Origin: a virus
Taxonomy: Duplodnaviria; Caudoviricetes
IMG/VR virus record: IMGVR_UViG_3300020045_008688
Location: 1 to 33,410 of that record
Strand: one strand, 5' to 3'
DNA: 33,410 nucleotides
The notes under the pieces are model-generated. The model was not told the DNA's origin, ran no database searches, and was given only the letters and a program-made list of their open reading frames with translations. The position numbers were made by a program, and so were the translations under genes. Each line of letters opens with the position of its first letter. Position 1 is the first letter of the stretch. This document shows positions 25,672 through 33,410 of the stretch, piece after piece.

Positions 25672-26381
25672 GGTTCCTGGTTGTTATCGGTTTCGGCCAC
25701 TGGTTCATTTTCTAAATCAAAAGCACTTATGCTTAGTGGGAGTGCATGCCATTTGCTGTTGTCGTCTTTGAATTTTACTTCTACGAAATTGCAGGATTTT
25801 ACTGGCTTGTAGGCTTCCTCAATGATGTGTACGCCATCGTTCAGTTCTTCATCTTGCTCCTCGTTGGCATATTGACGAAGTTCTAGTACGCGCGACGGTT
25901 TTAGATTGCCTTTGGCATCTGTTTTGAGTAGGTAGCTGGCAATTTTGGCGAACTTTTCAGCACCTTCAGTTCCAGACAAGCGGGTCATGTAGTTGGTAAC
26001 CTTTGTCATTCCTGCCGAAAAAGTATCATCGTAGGCATCTGTAACCCTGTAGCCTATTTTGATTGAGATAGTGCCTTCTAAGTCGGTAAATGAGTGGCTT
26101 TGTTGTCCCTCTTTCACGCCATAGATTTCTGATTTCATTTCCAAAATTGATTGGAAGTTGTCGAATACCAATTTTTTGATATTAAGAATGTGCTTTGACA
26201 AGCCTACCAGTGGTTTGAAGGTGTCTTTTACCGTGTCGGATACAAGTAATTTGTACTCTTCGCGATTGGCTTTAATGGCCAGTTTCTTGGCTTTTTCGGC
26301 TGAAGTGATTTGCTGTTTTAAAGCTTCGATTTGTTCTTGTGTCAGCTGAGCGACATCGATTGTTTGATTTGTTGTTCCCAT
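25659..26381 (-). CDS. DUF3164-family Mu-like phage protein
   Basis: Q.SHSFT, G.LK.SRVL.L, G...I.E.Y.P, W..LPLS; start MGTTN at 26381. Confidence 0.8.
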   Translation of the reverse strand: MGTTNQTIDVAQLTQEQIEALKQQITSAEKAKKLAIKANREEYKLLVSDTVKDTFKPLVGLSKHILNIKKLVFDNFQSILEMKSEIYGVKEGQQSHSFTDLEGTISIKIGYRVTDAYDDTFSAGMTKVTNYMTRLSGTEGAEKFAKIASYLLKTDAKGNLKPSRVLELRQYANEEQDEELNDGVHIIEEAYKPVKSCNFVEVKFKDDNSKWHALPLSISAFDLENEPVAETDNNQEPCTK

Positions 26382-26391
26382 TAGAGTTTTA

Positions 26392-26514
26392 TTAATTAAA
26401 GAGTGAATATATAAGGCATGCAATTGTAAATACTACTAGTGAAATGGCGATTTTGTCAGCTTTGATTTCGTCGAGTTCGTCGTCTCTGCGAGTTTGTTCA
26501 AGTGATTGTTTCAT
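26392..26514 (-). CDS. Small single-TM protein (40 aa)
   Basis: ATG at 26514 overlaps upstream TGA; C-terminal hydrophobic helix. Confidence 0.5.
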   Translation of the reverse strand: MKQSLEQTRRDDELDEIKADKIAISLVVFTIACLIYSLFN

Positions 26515-26675
26515 TTCGTTTGTTGAATTAAGTTTATAATCTGTTCGTCTAGCTCGTTGAAATCCTTTGTTTTGTTGTCCCATTCGGGGTGTAGCATGTT
26601 GTTGGTTAGTAACCAGTCTGCTACTTCATTGAACTGATTTTCAAGTTCAAGTAATTGTTCTTTCAGTGTTTCCAT
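26511..26675 (-). CDS. Small coiled-coil protein (54 aa), not in ORF track
   Basis: METLKEQLLELENQFNEVADWLLTNNMLHPEWDNKTKDFNELDEQIINLIQQTK; coupled at both ends (TAATG and ATGA). Confidence 0.6.
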   Translation of the reverse strand: METLKEQLLELENQFNEVADWLLTNNMLHPEWDNKTKDFNELDEQIINLIQQTK

Positions 26676-26872
26676 TAGTCGAATATCATTTTTGGTTCGT
26701 GTTCATTCACTCGTGTTACTTCGCGATACATAGCTGCTTTGCTTTCGTATTTTCCATAATTAGCCCAGGAATGTTCAGAGGTCATTTGAGTGATTTTTAA
26801 ATCAGGGCTTTCGTGTATCCTGAGTATTGTAAAGCCGGCAGTAGCGAGCTTGTTTCTATCATTTTTGTTCAT
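26675..26872 (-). CDS. Hypothetical protein
   Basis: Coupled ORF in early operon. Confidence 0.65.
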   Translation of the reverse strand: MNKNDRNKLATAGFTILRIHESPDLKITQMTSEHSWANYGKYESKAAMYREVTRVNEHEPKMIFD

Positions 26873-27104
26873 GATTATTGATTTTAGCGTGAATAGACTC
26901 CAGTTGCATGCGTGGGTTTGGCTCGTTCAGCATATTGTTGAAAGTAACATAGCTACAGTGCATTACTGGTTGTATGTGCTTTTCGAATATGCGGCATCGA
27001 ATGGTGGCATCTGTTTCATGTTTCTCGACCAATTCGATAACCTGAATGCATCTACGCAGGTATGCAGCGCGCCGTCCTAATGACATTTTCTCGAGTCTAT
27101 TCAT
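26859..27104 (-). CDS. Small HTH-like protein (candidate middle/late activator)
   Basis: IF..HI.P...CSY.TF.N.L pattern recalled from Bacteroidota Mu-like phages. Confidence 0.6.
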   Translation of the reverse strand: MNRLEKMSLGRRAAYLRRCIQVIELVEKHETDATIRCRIFEKHIQPVMHCSYVTFNNMLNEPNPRMQLESIHAKINNHEQK

Positions 27105-27107
27105 TGA

Positions 27108-27434
27108 TTAATTTTGTTGTGTGATACGTTCAATTTCAGTGCGCTTTTTAGCGTCTTTTCCAAGTATGCTTCCTAGTTTCTTGATTAGCTCTTGCATCTC
27201 GTAGTTGGTCATGTTATACAGTCGCTTTCCTGCTATCCGGGGGTTCTCCATAAAACTATTCACGCATGTCCAGTCGGTGGTGTCAACCCCGTGCAGTTGC
27301 AGTTTTTTGAGAATGGAACTGCGCAATTTCTTGGTTTCTGCAATGTCCTCCAGTTCTTTTACTTTTACCTGAAGTCCTAAATCTAGTTCCAGTTGAATTA
27401 CCGGTCTGCTAATCTTCTTTCGTGTGGCTCGCAT
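27108..27434 (-). CDS. GemA-like regulatory protein (C-terminal-type domain)
   Basis: RS.IL..LQ..GVDTTDW..VN.F...PRIAGK.L......E...L..KL. Confidence 0.6.
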   Translation of the reverse strand: MRATRKKISRPVIQLELDLGLQVKVKELEDIAETKKLRSSILKKLQLHGVDTTDWTCVNSFMENPRIAGKRLYNMTNYEMQELIKKLGSILGKDAKKRTEIERITQQN

Positions 27435-28356
27435 AATGTTTCATTTTAAGGCGTTCTGATTTCACAAGTCGTTTGATGCGTCGGAAGTCCTCAATTACCC
27501 TGATAGAATTGCCATCCTCGAGGGTCATTTTGGTAGGTTCGCATTTTTCAAAGATAGTTTTCTGCATGTCGCGGTCAGTAATACCGTTTACTTCGCAGAT
27601 TTTACGGGTGTCGGCCAGTGTAGCACCAATCAGGTGAATGTAGGTGCGACCAAAACGGCTGTCGAATTCGTCATAACCTGTTTTGTTCAGGCGCACGTTG
27701 CGTTTAATTTCGGTTTCGAGGTTGTCAGTTCCAAGGATTACAAGCCCTAGAATGTCCTCGCATTCGTTGAATAAATGAATGAATGTGCGCAGTGCTGACG
27801 GTTTCAATGAATTGGCTTGGTCGATAATAATGAGCGGTTTCAAGTGGGCAATTCGTTTGATAGTTTCGGATATTGACTCAATCAATGCGTTTACTTTTAC
27901 GTACGATCCTTTTGGAATTTCGGCACCAATTTCTTTGGCCACTTCAATCAGGAACATGTGGGCGTTCCACTCTTTTGCGTTCACTTTGAACACGCCATTG
28001 CGCTTGTTGAGGTTGAAATACATGTCGGAGCTGGCTGTTTTTCCGCTTCCGGCACGGTGTGCTATACCCATGAACATAGATTCAGATTTAGCATCTGTCA
28101 ATACGTCGGTAACGATGGTATAGTTGGTAATGGTGTCTGCTATTACCCAGTTGGTAATGTCGAATTCGTAACCAAGTGCGCGACCTATGGTGTAGTAAAC
28201 ATCATCGCCATCAGCACCGTAAGTTCCTTTGCGTAAAAGGGAAATGGCAGTTTCGCTTACACCACATTTTTTTGCTACAGCACGGTAGCTCGATAGACGT
28301 TCTTTTTCGTCTTCAACTAGCTGTAGGATTTCTTCTTTTTGATTTTTGTTGAGCAT
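27409..28356 (-). CDS. MuB-like AAA+ transposition ATPase with N-terminal HTH
   Basis: HTH (VAKKCGVSETAISLL), Walker A AGSGKT, Walker B IIIDQA, SRFG arginine finger; downstream of transposase. Confidence 0.85.
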   Translation of the reverse strand: MLNKNQKEEILQLVEDEKERLSSYRAVAKKCGVSETAISLLRKGTYGADGDDVYYTIGRALGYEFDITNWVIADTITNYTIVTDVLTDAKSESMFMGIAHRAGSGKTASSDMYFNLNKRNGVFKVNAKEWNAHMFLIEVAKEIGAEIPKGSYVKVNALIESISETIKRIAHLKPLIIIDQANSLKPSALRTFIHLFNECEDILGLVILGTDNLETEIKRNVRLNKTGYDEFDSRFGRTYIHLIGATLADTRKICEVNGITDRDMQKTIFEKCEPTKMTLEDGNSIRVIEDFRRIKRLVKSERLKMKHYASHTKED

Positions 28357-28377
28357 ATTGTTGTTTTTAAAGTGGGT

Positions 28378-28620
28378 TTAAAATAATGAAAGTTGTATTT
28401 GGTCTTTTATGTATTTACTTATAAAGTCATAGGAGTAATACACGACTTGTTTTTTACAATTTAGGCAATGATAAAAACCTTCTAAATGAGTGTTTTTGTA
28501 TTGTCTTTTTGGTCTATAGACTTTATCACAACCACAGTCTAAGCACTTGAATATAACCACTACAGTTTCTTTTGCAATTGATGACCTATAGGTCAATTTA
28601 AAAGGTTTTACAGCACTCAT
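28378..28620 (-). CDS. Zn-ribbon hypothetical protein
   Basis: CxxC...CxxC; AT-rich; sits between transposase and ATPase. Confidence 0.6.
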   Translation of the reverse strand: MSAVKPFKLTYRSSIAKETVVVIFKCLDCGCDKVYRPKRQYKNTHLEGFYHCLNCKKQVVYYSYDFISKYIKDQIQLSLF

Positions 28621-28621
28621 A

Positions 28622-30613
28622 TCAGTATTTATTTCGTGTGTCGATTTTCAGTCCTTCGCCTTCATCCTCCCATTCGTTCTGAAGGTATTTGCTTTCGGCA
28701 TTTTCGTAGTCGTGTTTTGAAACCTTGTGACCTAATAGAATACCTGTTTCGGTTGTTACATTTACCAGTTCTTCATCGTCTGAATCGGAATTCAGACATC
28801 CCGAAGCAAATTGAGCCAGTTTTGTAGTGCGATGACATTTCATTTTGTCGGCAATTGCTTTTACTTTGCCCACGGCGCGCATGTCCTTGTTTGGTCCGTA
28901 TTGTTGTGCCGGTGTAATTCTGCCAAATGTGCCCAGGTAATTTTCACCCATAAAAAGGTGTACATTGTCGAAGTTCTCCGGGTCAAAGCAGTTGATTGTT
29001 TTCACGCCTGTGTATTTTTCAGCTACCTCACAATCATCAATTCCGTAGTAGTAAGTGGCGTTATCAATTTGCGTTAGTATCATGTAATTGCGTATTGAAA
29101 CCTCTTTGCGGATGCCAAACAAGTAGCAGAACCGTGGGTGCGAAATGTCAATTGTATTTGGGTGCGTGCATTCGTTATGCAGTTCCGACGGTGATTTGTC
29201 AATAAGTTTGAATTTGGTACTCCATGCCGAATAGGCTGTAGAACTCCACGCTTCAAGTATTTTGTTGGTTTCGCGACATGCATCGTCGAAGTTGAATCCA
29301 TTTTTAGAAGCCCAACTGCGCATTTTCATCACGTAGTCTTTGGAGCGGTGTGCATATTTGCGACTAGATTTGATACCTTCGCCGTAGTATAAGTCAGATT
29401 CTGACATGAATACGGTTTGAAGCGTTCCCCACCAACGTTCAATGTGTGCTTTGCCTTCCGCTTTTACGGTTTGGGTCATTATCACGCCCAATCGACGAAG
29501 TGAATTTTCCACGTACAACCAGTCGTCGGTGTTGTGTCCAGGAAAGCGGTCATAGCGGAACTCGTAAGGCAAATATCCAGCGTTGCGCACGGCCATTGCA
29601 AGGGCATTGGTCACCGCGTCGGCTGATTCTTCATAGCAATACTCCCAGCCCAATGGCAAGCCCGACATAACGTCACGTACGGCAATGATATACAAGAATT
29701 TGTTGGTAGTAACCTTTTTGCCATCTTTCATTATTACGGCTTTGTGGTCAATGATATTGACACGTGTACCGTCAATTTCCCAGCAGTCGCCAGCATACAA
29801 CGCACCCAATGTAGGCACGTAACTACGGTACCGGCTGTTGAATCGGCTGTTAGCACCAAACCGTTGATTGATTAGGAACTGGCTTTCGGGTTTTGAAAGA
29901 AAATCGGTTACCCAACGCAATGAAGGCACTTTAGTAACATTGTGTTGCACGCATGTACGGCTTAGTTTGCGCCATATAAGCGATGCGGTGTAGTTATGTT
30001 GGCTTTGTCCAAGGTCTAGCAACCAATTGAGCATTGTGCCGTTGTTGGCGAACATGGTGCTGTTTTTGTTTTCCAGATTTTTGCGTTTCACAATGTCGGT
30101 AACCTGTGTTCCTTGGCTATATGCTTTCACTTTGTCGCGAAGGTTGCGCCAGCTCACTGGTAAATATTTGAGTTTTTGAACTTCCACTTCAGCGGCCAAT
30201 TGTTCAAAAAACATGCTTTTTGAGAATGAAAGGTTATTGCTTTTGATGTAAATACTAGCCTCGTGCAATACGGCTGCCGAACGTGCTTCGTCCTCGCTCA
30301 TTGACTTTAAAAACAGTTTAAAGCTGCTGTAAAGTGCGCGTGATACAATGCTTATAATGTCGTTTTGTACCTCAGTGGCCTGTAAATGTAGCACGTGAGG
30401 TTCGTCCAGTTTTATGGTAGCAGTTTTGGGCAAAGCAGTATATTTAAAGTAGCAACGGTTGGTGATGGTTTCGTGAGTCCACGAACTTGCACCCTTGTTG
30501 GCTCTGCTTTTGGCTACTCTTAGGTAACGGCTTTCGATGCCATTATTCAAGAGGTAGTCTTGCGACACCCACAGGTCGTTGTTATATCTTATTATGTCGT
30601 TAGAGTTGAGCAT
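28622..30613 (-). CDS. Mu-like DDE transposase (MuA analogue)
   Basis: WEIDGT, YDRFPGH, KAHIERWWGTLQ catalytic motifs; 663 aa. Confidence 0.92.
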   Translation of the reverse strand: MLNSNDIIRYNNDLWVSQDYLLNNGIESRYLRVAKSRANKGASSWTHETITNRCYFKYTALPKTATIKLDEPHVLHLQATEVQNDIISIVSRALYSSFKLFLKSMSEDEARSAAVLHEASIYIKSNNLSFSKSMFFEQLAAEVEVQKLKYLPVSWRNLRDKVKAYSQGTQVTDIVKRKNLENKNSTMFANNGTMLNWLLDLGQSQHNYTASLIWRKLSRTCVQHNVTKVPSLRWVTDFLSKPESQFLINQRFGANSRFNSRYRSYVPTLGALYAGDCWEIDGTRVNIIDHKAVIMKDGKKVTTNKFLYIIAVRDVMSGLPLGWEYCYEESADAVTNALAMAVRNAGYLPYEFRYDRFPGHNTDDWLYVENSLRRLGVIMTQTVKAEGKAHIERWWGTLQTVFMSESDLYYGEGIKSSRKYAHRSKDYVMKMRSWASKNGFNFDDACRETNKILEAWSSTAYSAWSTKFKLIDKSPSELHNECTHPNTIDISHPRFCYLFGIRKEVSIRNYMILTQIDNATYYYGIDDCEVAEKYTGVKTINCFDPENFDNVHLFMGENYLGTFGRITPAQQYGPNKDMRAVGKVKAIADKMKCHRTTKLAQFASGCLNSDSDDEELVNVTTETGILLGHKVSKHDYENAESKYLQNEWEDEGEGLKIDTRNKY

Positions 30614-30641
30614 GTTTGTGATAATTATACTTTTGTTCCTG

Positions 30642-30669
30642 CCGGGGAATCGAACCCCGGATAAACCGT
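30642..30669 (-). other. tRNA T-arm-like hairpin upstream of transposase
   Basis: AAACGGTTTAT-CCGGGG-TTCGATT-CCCCGG on minus strand; no full cloverleaf. Confidence 0.55.
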
Positions 30670-30933
30670 TTAGGAGAATTTTTCGATAATTTCTTTGAGC
30701 TGGTGGTGAAATATTGAATCAGTATTGATTGTGTTGATTTGACCTTTTTGTTTTGGTTCTAAGTACTTATTCATTTCTAAAATCAATTTAAGCATGCTTG
30801 CTGCACTGTTATTCATTTCTGTAACCAATCTCTCTCTGTTTTCTCTCATACTGCCACAATTAGCGCACTGAACTCCTGAAGGGCGGTTGTAAAATCCACC
30901 GGTGATATTGCATCCACATTTTGTACAGTTCAT
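30670..30933 (-). CDS. Zn-finger hypothetical protein
   Basis: N-terminal CxxC...CxxC. Confidence 0.65.
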   Translation of the reverse strand: MNCTKCGCNITGGFYNRPSGVQCANCGSMRENRERLVTEMNNSAASMLKLILEMNKYLEPKQKGQINTINTDSIFHHQLKEIIEKFS

Positions 30934-30934
30934 T

Positions 30935-31588
30935 TTAGAATAAAGTTTGTTGTGAATTATCTGTTTTAGGGTCGAATAACCGAACTGATTTCGGTTGGTG
31001 TAAGTATCGGCTTTTTACGTGCATGTTGCCTTTTTTAAAGTAGCATTTCACGTCGGCAGCATGTAGGTGGTCGGTAGCGTTCTTTGGGTTACCTTCCGAA
31101 GTTCCGAATGAAACCATCACTATGCCGAATTTCTTTTTGCGTTTACCCATTTCAATGAGTTGCTTCAGCTGGTCGTAGGTAAAGGCCATGTATTGAACCG
31201 AATCAATGACTACATAGCTGTAGTGACCACGTTTGATTTTGTCCATCATTGCTTCAAAAGGAACTGACACACCCACGGTAATCTTTTTGCTGTCGATGTT
31301 GAAGTTATTCACTCGGTCCTGGAGCGTTTTGTTGTCGCGTTCCTCGTGTGAGTTATAGAGGGTTTTGCCGTGCTTGGATAGCTCCTCGCATAGTTGCAGG
31401 GTAAGAACTGACTTACCAGAACCCGATTCGCCGTAAAGCATAATAATGAACTTGGTTTGTAGTAGTCCAAAAGTGTCGCGGAACTTGTCGCCCAAATCAA
31501 TGGTTTCGTACTTCTTAGCTTTCAGTTGGCCAATGCTCAAATAGCGGTGTGCTACCGGCTTCTTTGTTGTGTTTGCTTGCTTTTCCAT
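30935..31588 (-). CDS. RecA-fold (RadA/Sms/KaiC-like) ATPase
   Basis: GESGSGKS Walker A, LY.S.EE, VVIDSVQY, K.RY. Confidence 0.85.
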   Translation of the reverse strand: MEKQANTTKKPVAHRYLSIGQLKAKKYETIDLGDKFRDTFGLLQTKFIIMLYGESGSGKSVLTLQLCEELSKHGKTLYNSHEERDNKTLQDRVNNFNIDSKKITVGVSVPFEAMMDKIKRGHYSYVVIDSVQYMAFTYDQLKQLIEMGKRKKKFGIVMVSFGTSEGNPKNATDHLHAADVKCYFKKGNMHVKSRYLHQPKSVRLFDPKTDNSQQTLF

Positions 31589-31707
31589 TACTTAATGATT
31601 ATACGAATGATGATTTGACCGAAATAAATTGCTGACGAAAGCAGTAATGTGTTTTGAATTGGCTGCTTGATGAATGCCTTAAATATGACATCTAGTTTTT
31701 TCTTCAT
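31588..31707 (-). CDS. Small hydrophobic protein (39 aa), not in ORF track
   Basis: MKKKLDVIFKAFIKQPIQNTLLLSSAIYFGQIIIRIIIK; TAATG-coupled to ATPase. Confidence 0.5.
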   Translation of the reverse strand: MKKKLDVIFKAFIKQPIQNTLLLSSAIYFGQIIIRIIIK

Positions 31708-31903
31708 CTGATTGGGGATTAATTGGTTTTCCATACTTTTCTTTTGCTGCCTTCATGATGCGATTGTAGGTGTCGCCATGCCCTTCCTTTAGTGCGTTTG
31801 TTACCGTGTTCTTGTGTATCTTTAATACACCGGCAACTTCTTTTTTCCATCCATGTGGAAGGTTGGTTGGAAGTTCTAAATTCAAAATAATTGTGTTTGC
31901 CAT
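31679..31903 (-). CDS. Ner/Cro-like HTH regulator
   Basis: WKKEVAGVLKIHKNTVTNALK HTH; first early gene, divergent from repressor; start MANTI at 31903. Confidence 0.75.
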   Translation of the reverse strand: MANTIILNLELPTNLPHGWKKEVAGVLKIHKNTVTNALKEGHGDTYNRIMKAAKEKYGKPINPQSDEEKTRCHI

Positions 31904-31924
31904 ATCATGTTTTAAAATAATTAC

Positions 31925-32013
31925 TATCTTTGTGCCGTTGTGAATAATCACAACGGCACAAAAGTAAATCATTTTGATTTACAAAACAAGCAAAAAGTAA
32001 ACTATTTTGATTT
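31925..32013. promoter_or_regulatory. Lysis/lysogeny switch: face-to-face -7 boxes in a 15-bp inverted repeat, plus operator palindromes
   Basis: TATCTTTG (+, 31925-31932), TACTTTTG (-, 31959-31966); IR 31929-31943/31948-31962; AAATCA-N3-TGATTT at 31966 and degenerate copy at 31999. Confidence 0.7.
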
Positions 32014-32016
32014 ATA

Positions 32017-32718
32017 ATGCAAAATAATTCAGATATACGGAAGAAATGGTTTATTCAGCAGATAAAAAGGCTGAATAATGAGGGCGTTACGACTGCCGAG
32101 ATAGCTCGACAATTAGGCGTTCTACCTCAGTATATCAGCAACATTGTGAATGGAGACCGGGGTGCATCTGAAAAGTTTACAGAAAAACTGTGCGTTACGT
32201 TCGATATAAATCAAAATGATTTATTAAATAAGCAAAAAAAATATCATGCTGAACCTGCAAAAAAGATAGTCGCATCAGAGCCATTAGTAGCACATGCAAT
32301 TGAATTGAACCAAGATGGTATTCCGCTGATTCCAATAGAAGCCGTAGCCGGCTTTGCACTTAAAGGTGATGCCGTAGCAATGGAGTACGACATTGCGGAA
32401 CGTTACTTAGTTCCTGAGTTTAGTGTTAGGGGTGTGAAGTATCTTATACGCGTATCAGGTAGCAGCATGTACCCAAAGTACAGCAATGGCGACATACTTG
32501 CATGCCGTCCGGTAACTGATTTATCGTTTTTTCAGTGGGGTAAAGTATATGTATTGGACACAGACCAGGGCGCATTAGTAAAGCGGTTGTTTGAGGGTAA
32601 AGATGATGCATTCATAGAATGCAGGTCGGACAACAAAGAGCATTACCCAGCGTTTCAAATACCTAAAACGTCTATCAGGTCGGTGTCGATTGTGGTGGGT
32701 GTGATAAGATTGGAGTAA
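32017..32718 (+). CDS. CI/LexA-type phage repressor (HTH + S24 peptidase)
   Basis: HTH EIARQLGVLPQYISNIVNG, A-G cleavage site (AVAG), GSSMYP (Ser) and VKR (Lys). Confidence 0.93.
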   Translation: MQNNSDIRKKWFIQQIKRLNNEGVTTAEIARQLGVLPQYISNIVNGDRGASEKFTEKLCVTFDINQNDLLNKQKKYHAEPAKKIVASEPLVAHAIELNQDGIPLIPIEAVAGFALKGDAVAMEYDIAERYLVPEFSVRGVKYLIRVSGSSMYPKYSNGDILACRPVTDLSFFQWGKVYVLDTDQGALVKRLFEGKDDAFIECRSDNKEHYPAFQIPKTSIRSVSIVVGVIRLE

Positions 32719-32734
32719 ATTATAAAAATATGAT

Positions 32735-33106
32735 ATGGGACTAGATTTGATTGCTAATTTCAGTGTGATTCTAAAAGTAGATGTAAGTGACGAAAAAGTA
32801 TTGTTTGAACAGTTCATGTCAGACGATGAGATTATTTTGCTATCATTTAAACATACCCGTGATAGGGTTGTATTCACAAGTAAAAAGATAATTGCTTACG
32901 ATGTAAAAGGGATGACTGGCACTAAAAAAGAGTTTAGATTCTTTCCTTACAGCAAAATAAGTTCATTCTCTGTAGAGACAGCCGGTACGTTTGATATGGA
33001 CTCTGACTTGAAAATATGGGTGTCAGGCGTAGGTATATTTGGCATTAAGTTTGGCACTAAGATAAACATAAAAGAAATCGGTATACTTCTTGCAAGTAAA
33101 CTGTAA
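32735..33106 (+). CDS. Bacterial PH-domain protein (bPH_1 / YvbH-like)
   Basis: RD..VFT.K.II..D..G.TG.K......PYSKI..FSVETAG.FD.D..LKIW. Confidence 0.88.
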   Translation: MGLDLIANFSVILKVDVSDEKVLFEQFMSDDEIILLSFKHTRDRVVFTSKKIIAYDVKGMTGTKKEFRFFPYSKISSFSVETAGTFDMDSDLKIWVSGVGIFGIKFGTKINIKEIGILLASKL

Positions 33107-33122
33107 CCCTCCTATAAAAGTG

Positions 33123-33150
33123 AAAGCACCTTGTCCGGGTGCTTTTTTTT
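33123..33150 (+). terminator. Intrinsic terminator of repressor operon
   Basis: AAAGCACC-TTGTCCG-GGTGCTTT followed by T-run. Confidence 0.85.
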
Positions 33151-33157
33151 GCGATTA

Positions 33158-33245
33158 TGATAACAATAGTGCATGTATTGAATTGCCAAATGATAACATC
33201 ATCAGCTTGGGTTGAATTGCCGATTGATAACAAAATGTGATGGCA
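33158..33245 (-). repeat. Phage terminus with three putative transposase-binding repeats
   Basis: TGATAACA at 33158, 33191, 33225 (33-34 bp period), the last two preceded by TTGAATTGCC-N3; terminal CA at 33244-33245. Confidence 0.7.
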
Positions 33246-33349
33246 AAAATCAAAAAGAAGAAATCCTACAGCTAGTTGAAGACGAAAAAGAACGTCTATC
33301 GAGCTACCGTGCTGTAGCAAAAAAATGTGGTGTAAGCGAAACTGCCATT
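33244..33349 (-). repeat. Exact inverted copy of 28243-28348 (5' part of MuB-like gene)
   Basis: 106-nt identity read directly. Confidence 0.95.
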
Positions 33350-33350
33350 A

Positions 33351-33410
33351 CATATTTTTATAATTTACTCCAATCTTATCACACCCACCACAATCGACAC
33401 CGACCTGATA
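33351..33410 (-). repeat. Exact inverted copy of 32673-32732 (repressor 3' end)
   Basis: 60-nt identity to window end. Confidence 0.95.

Larger units (their letters stand above)
1..33245 (-). mobile_element. Mu-like transposable phage/prophage (Bacteroidota host), other end outside the window
   Basis: DDE transposase plus MuB-like ATPase, Mu-type portal/MuF/gp36/gpG head genes, sheath/tube/baseplate, repressor, and terminal repeats ending in CA at 33244-33245. Confidence 0.93.

Noticed and set aside
30642-30669. tRNA gene or attP tRNA fragment
   Set aside because: Only a T-arm is present, with no D or anticodon arms, and the phage integrates by transposition
33158-33245. Mini-CRISPR array (TTGAATTGCC-N3-TGATAAC repeats followed by self-matching sequence)
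   Set aside because: Intervening segments are only 13-14 nt, the self-matching pieces are not between repeats, and there are no cas genes. Transposase-binding end repeats fit better.
33244-33410. DGR template repeat or invertible segment
   Set aside because: Copies are exact with no adenine-specific mismatches, and no reverse transcriptase or invertase is in the window

Overview
Near-complete Mu-like (transposable, contractile-tailed) phage or prophage of a Bacteroidota host, judged from TAnnTTTG promoters, A-rich SD-less start contexts and the protein families present. It is drawn in reverse relative to Mu. The repressor-side terminus (three TGTTATCA repeats and a terminal CA) lies at about 33245, followed leftward by a CI-type repressor and a minus-strand early operon (Ner-like HTH, RecA-fold ATPase, DDE transposase, MuB-like ATPase, small ORFs). 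Two late operons diverge from one control region at about 8.1 kb. The leftward one runs TerS-TerL-gp36-portal-MuF-tape measure-gpG-like; the rightward one runs protease/scaffold-capsid-sheath-tube-chaperone-baseplate-lysis-tailspike-broken DNA methylase. Best candidate novel system: a canonical -1 ribosomal frameshift signal (A_AAU_UUU, 6-nt spacer, 11-bp hairpin) at the end of the portal gene. It would fuse portal in frame to a MuF protein with a C-terminal CdiA-like nuclease fold. No immunity ORF follows MuF, but a promoter-like box and a double-UUCG-hairpin antisense small RNA do. Other highlights: a second -1 frameshift in the tail chaperone, a multi-state RNA switch before the methylase, a duplicated 71-bp structured element, a capsid with a hydrophobic N-terminal leader, and a terminus joined to the phage's own muB sequence. 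Family assignments are from memory of motifs and synteny, not from database searches.
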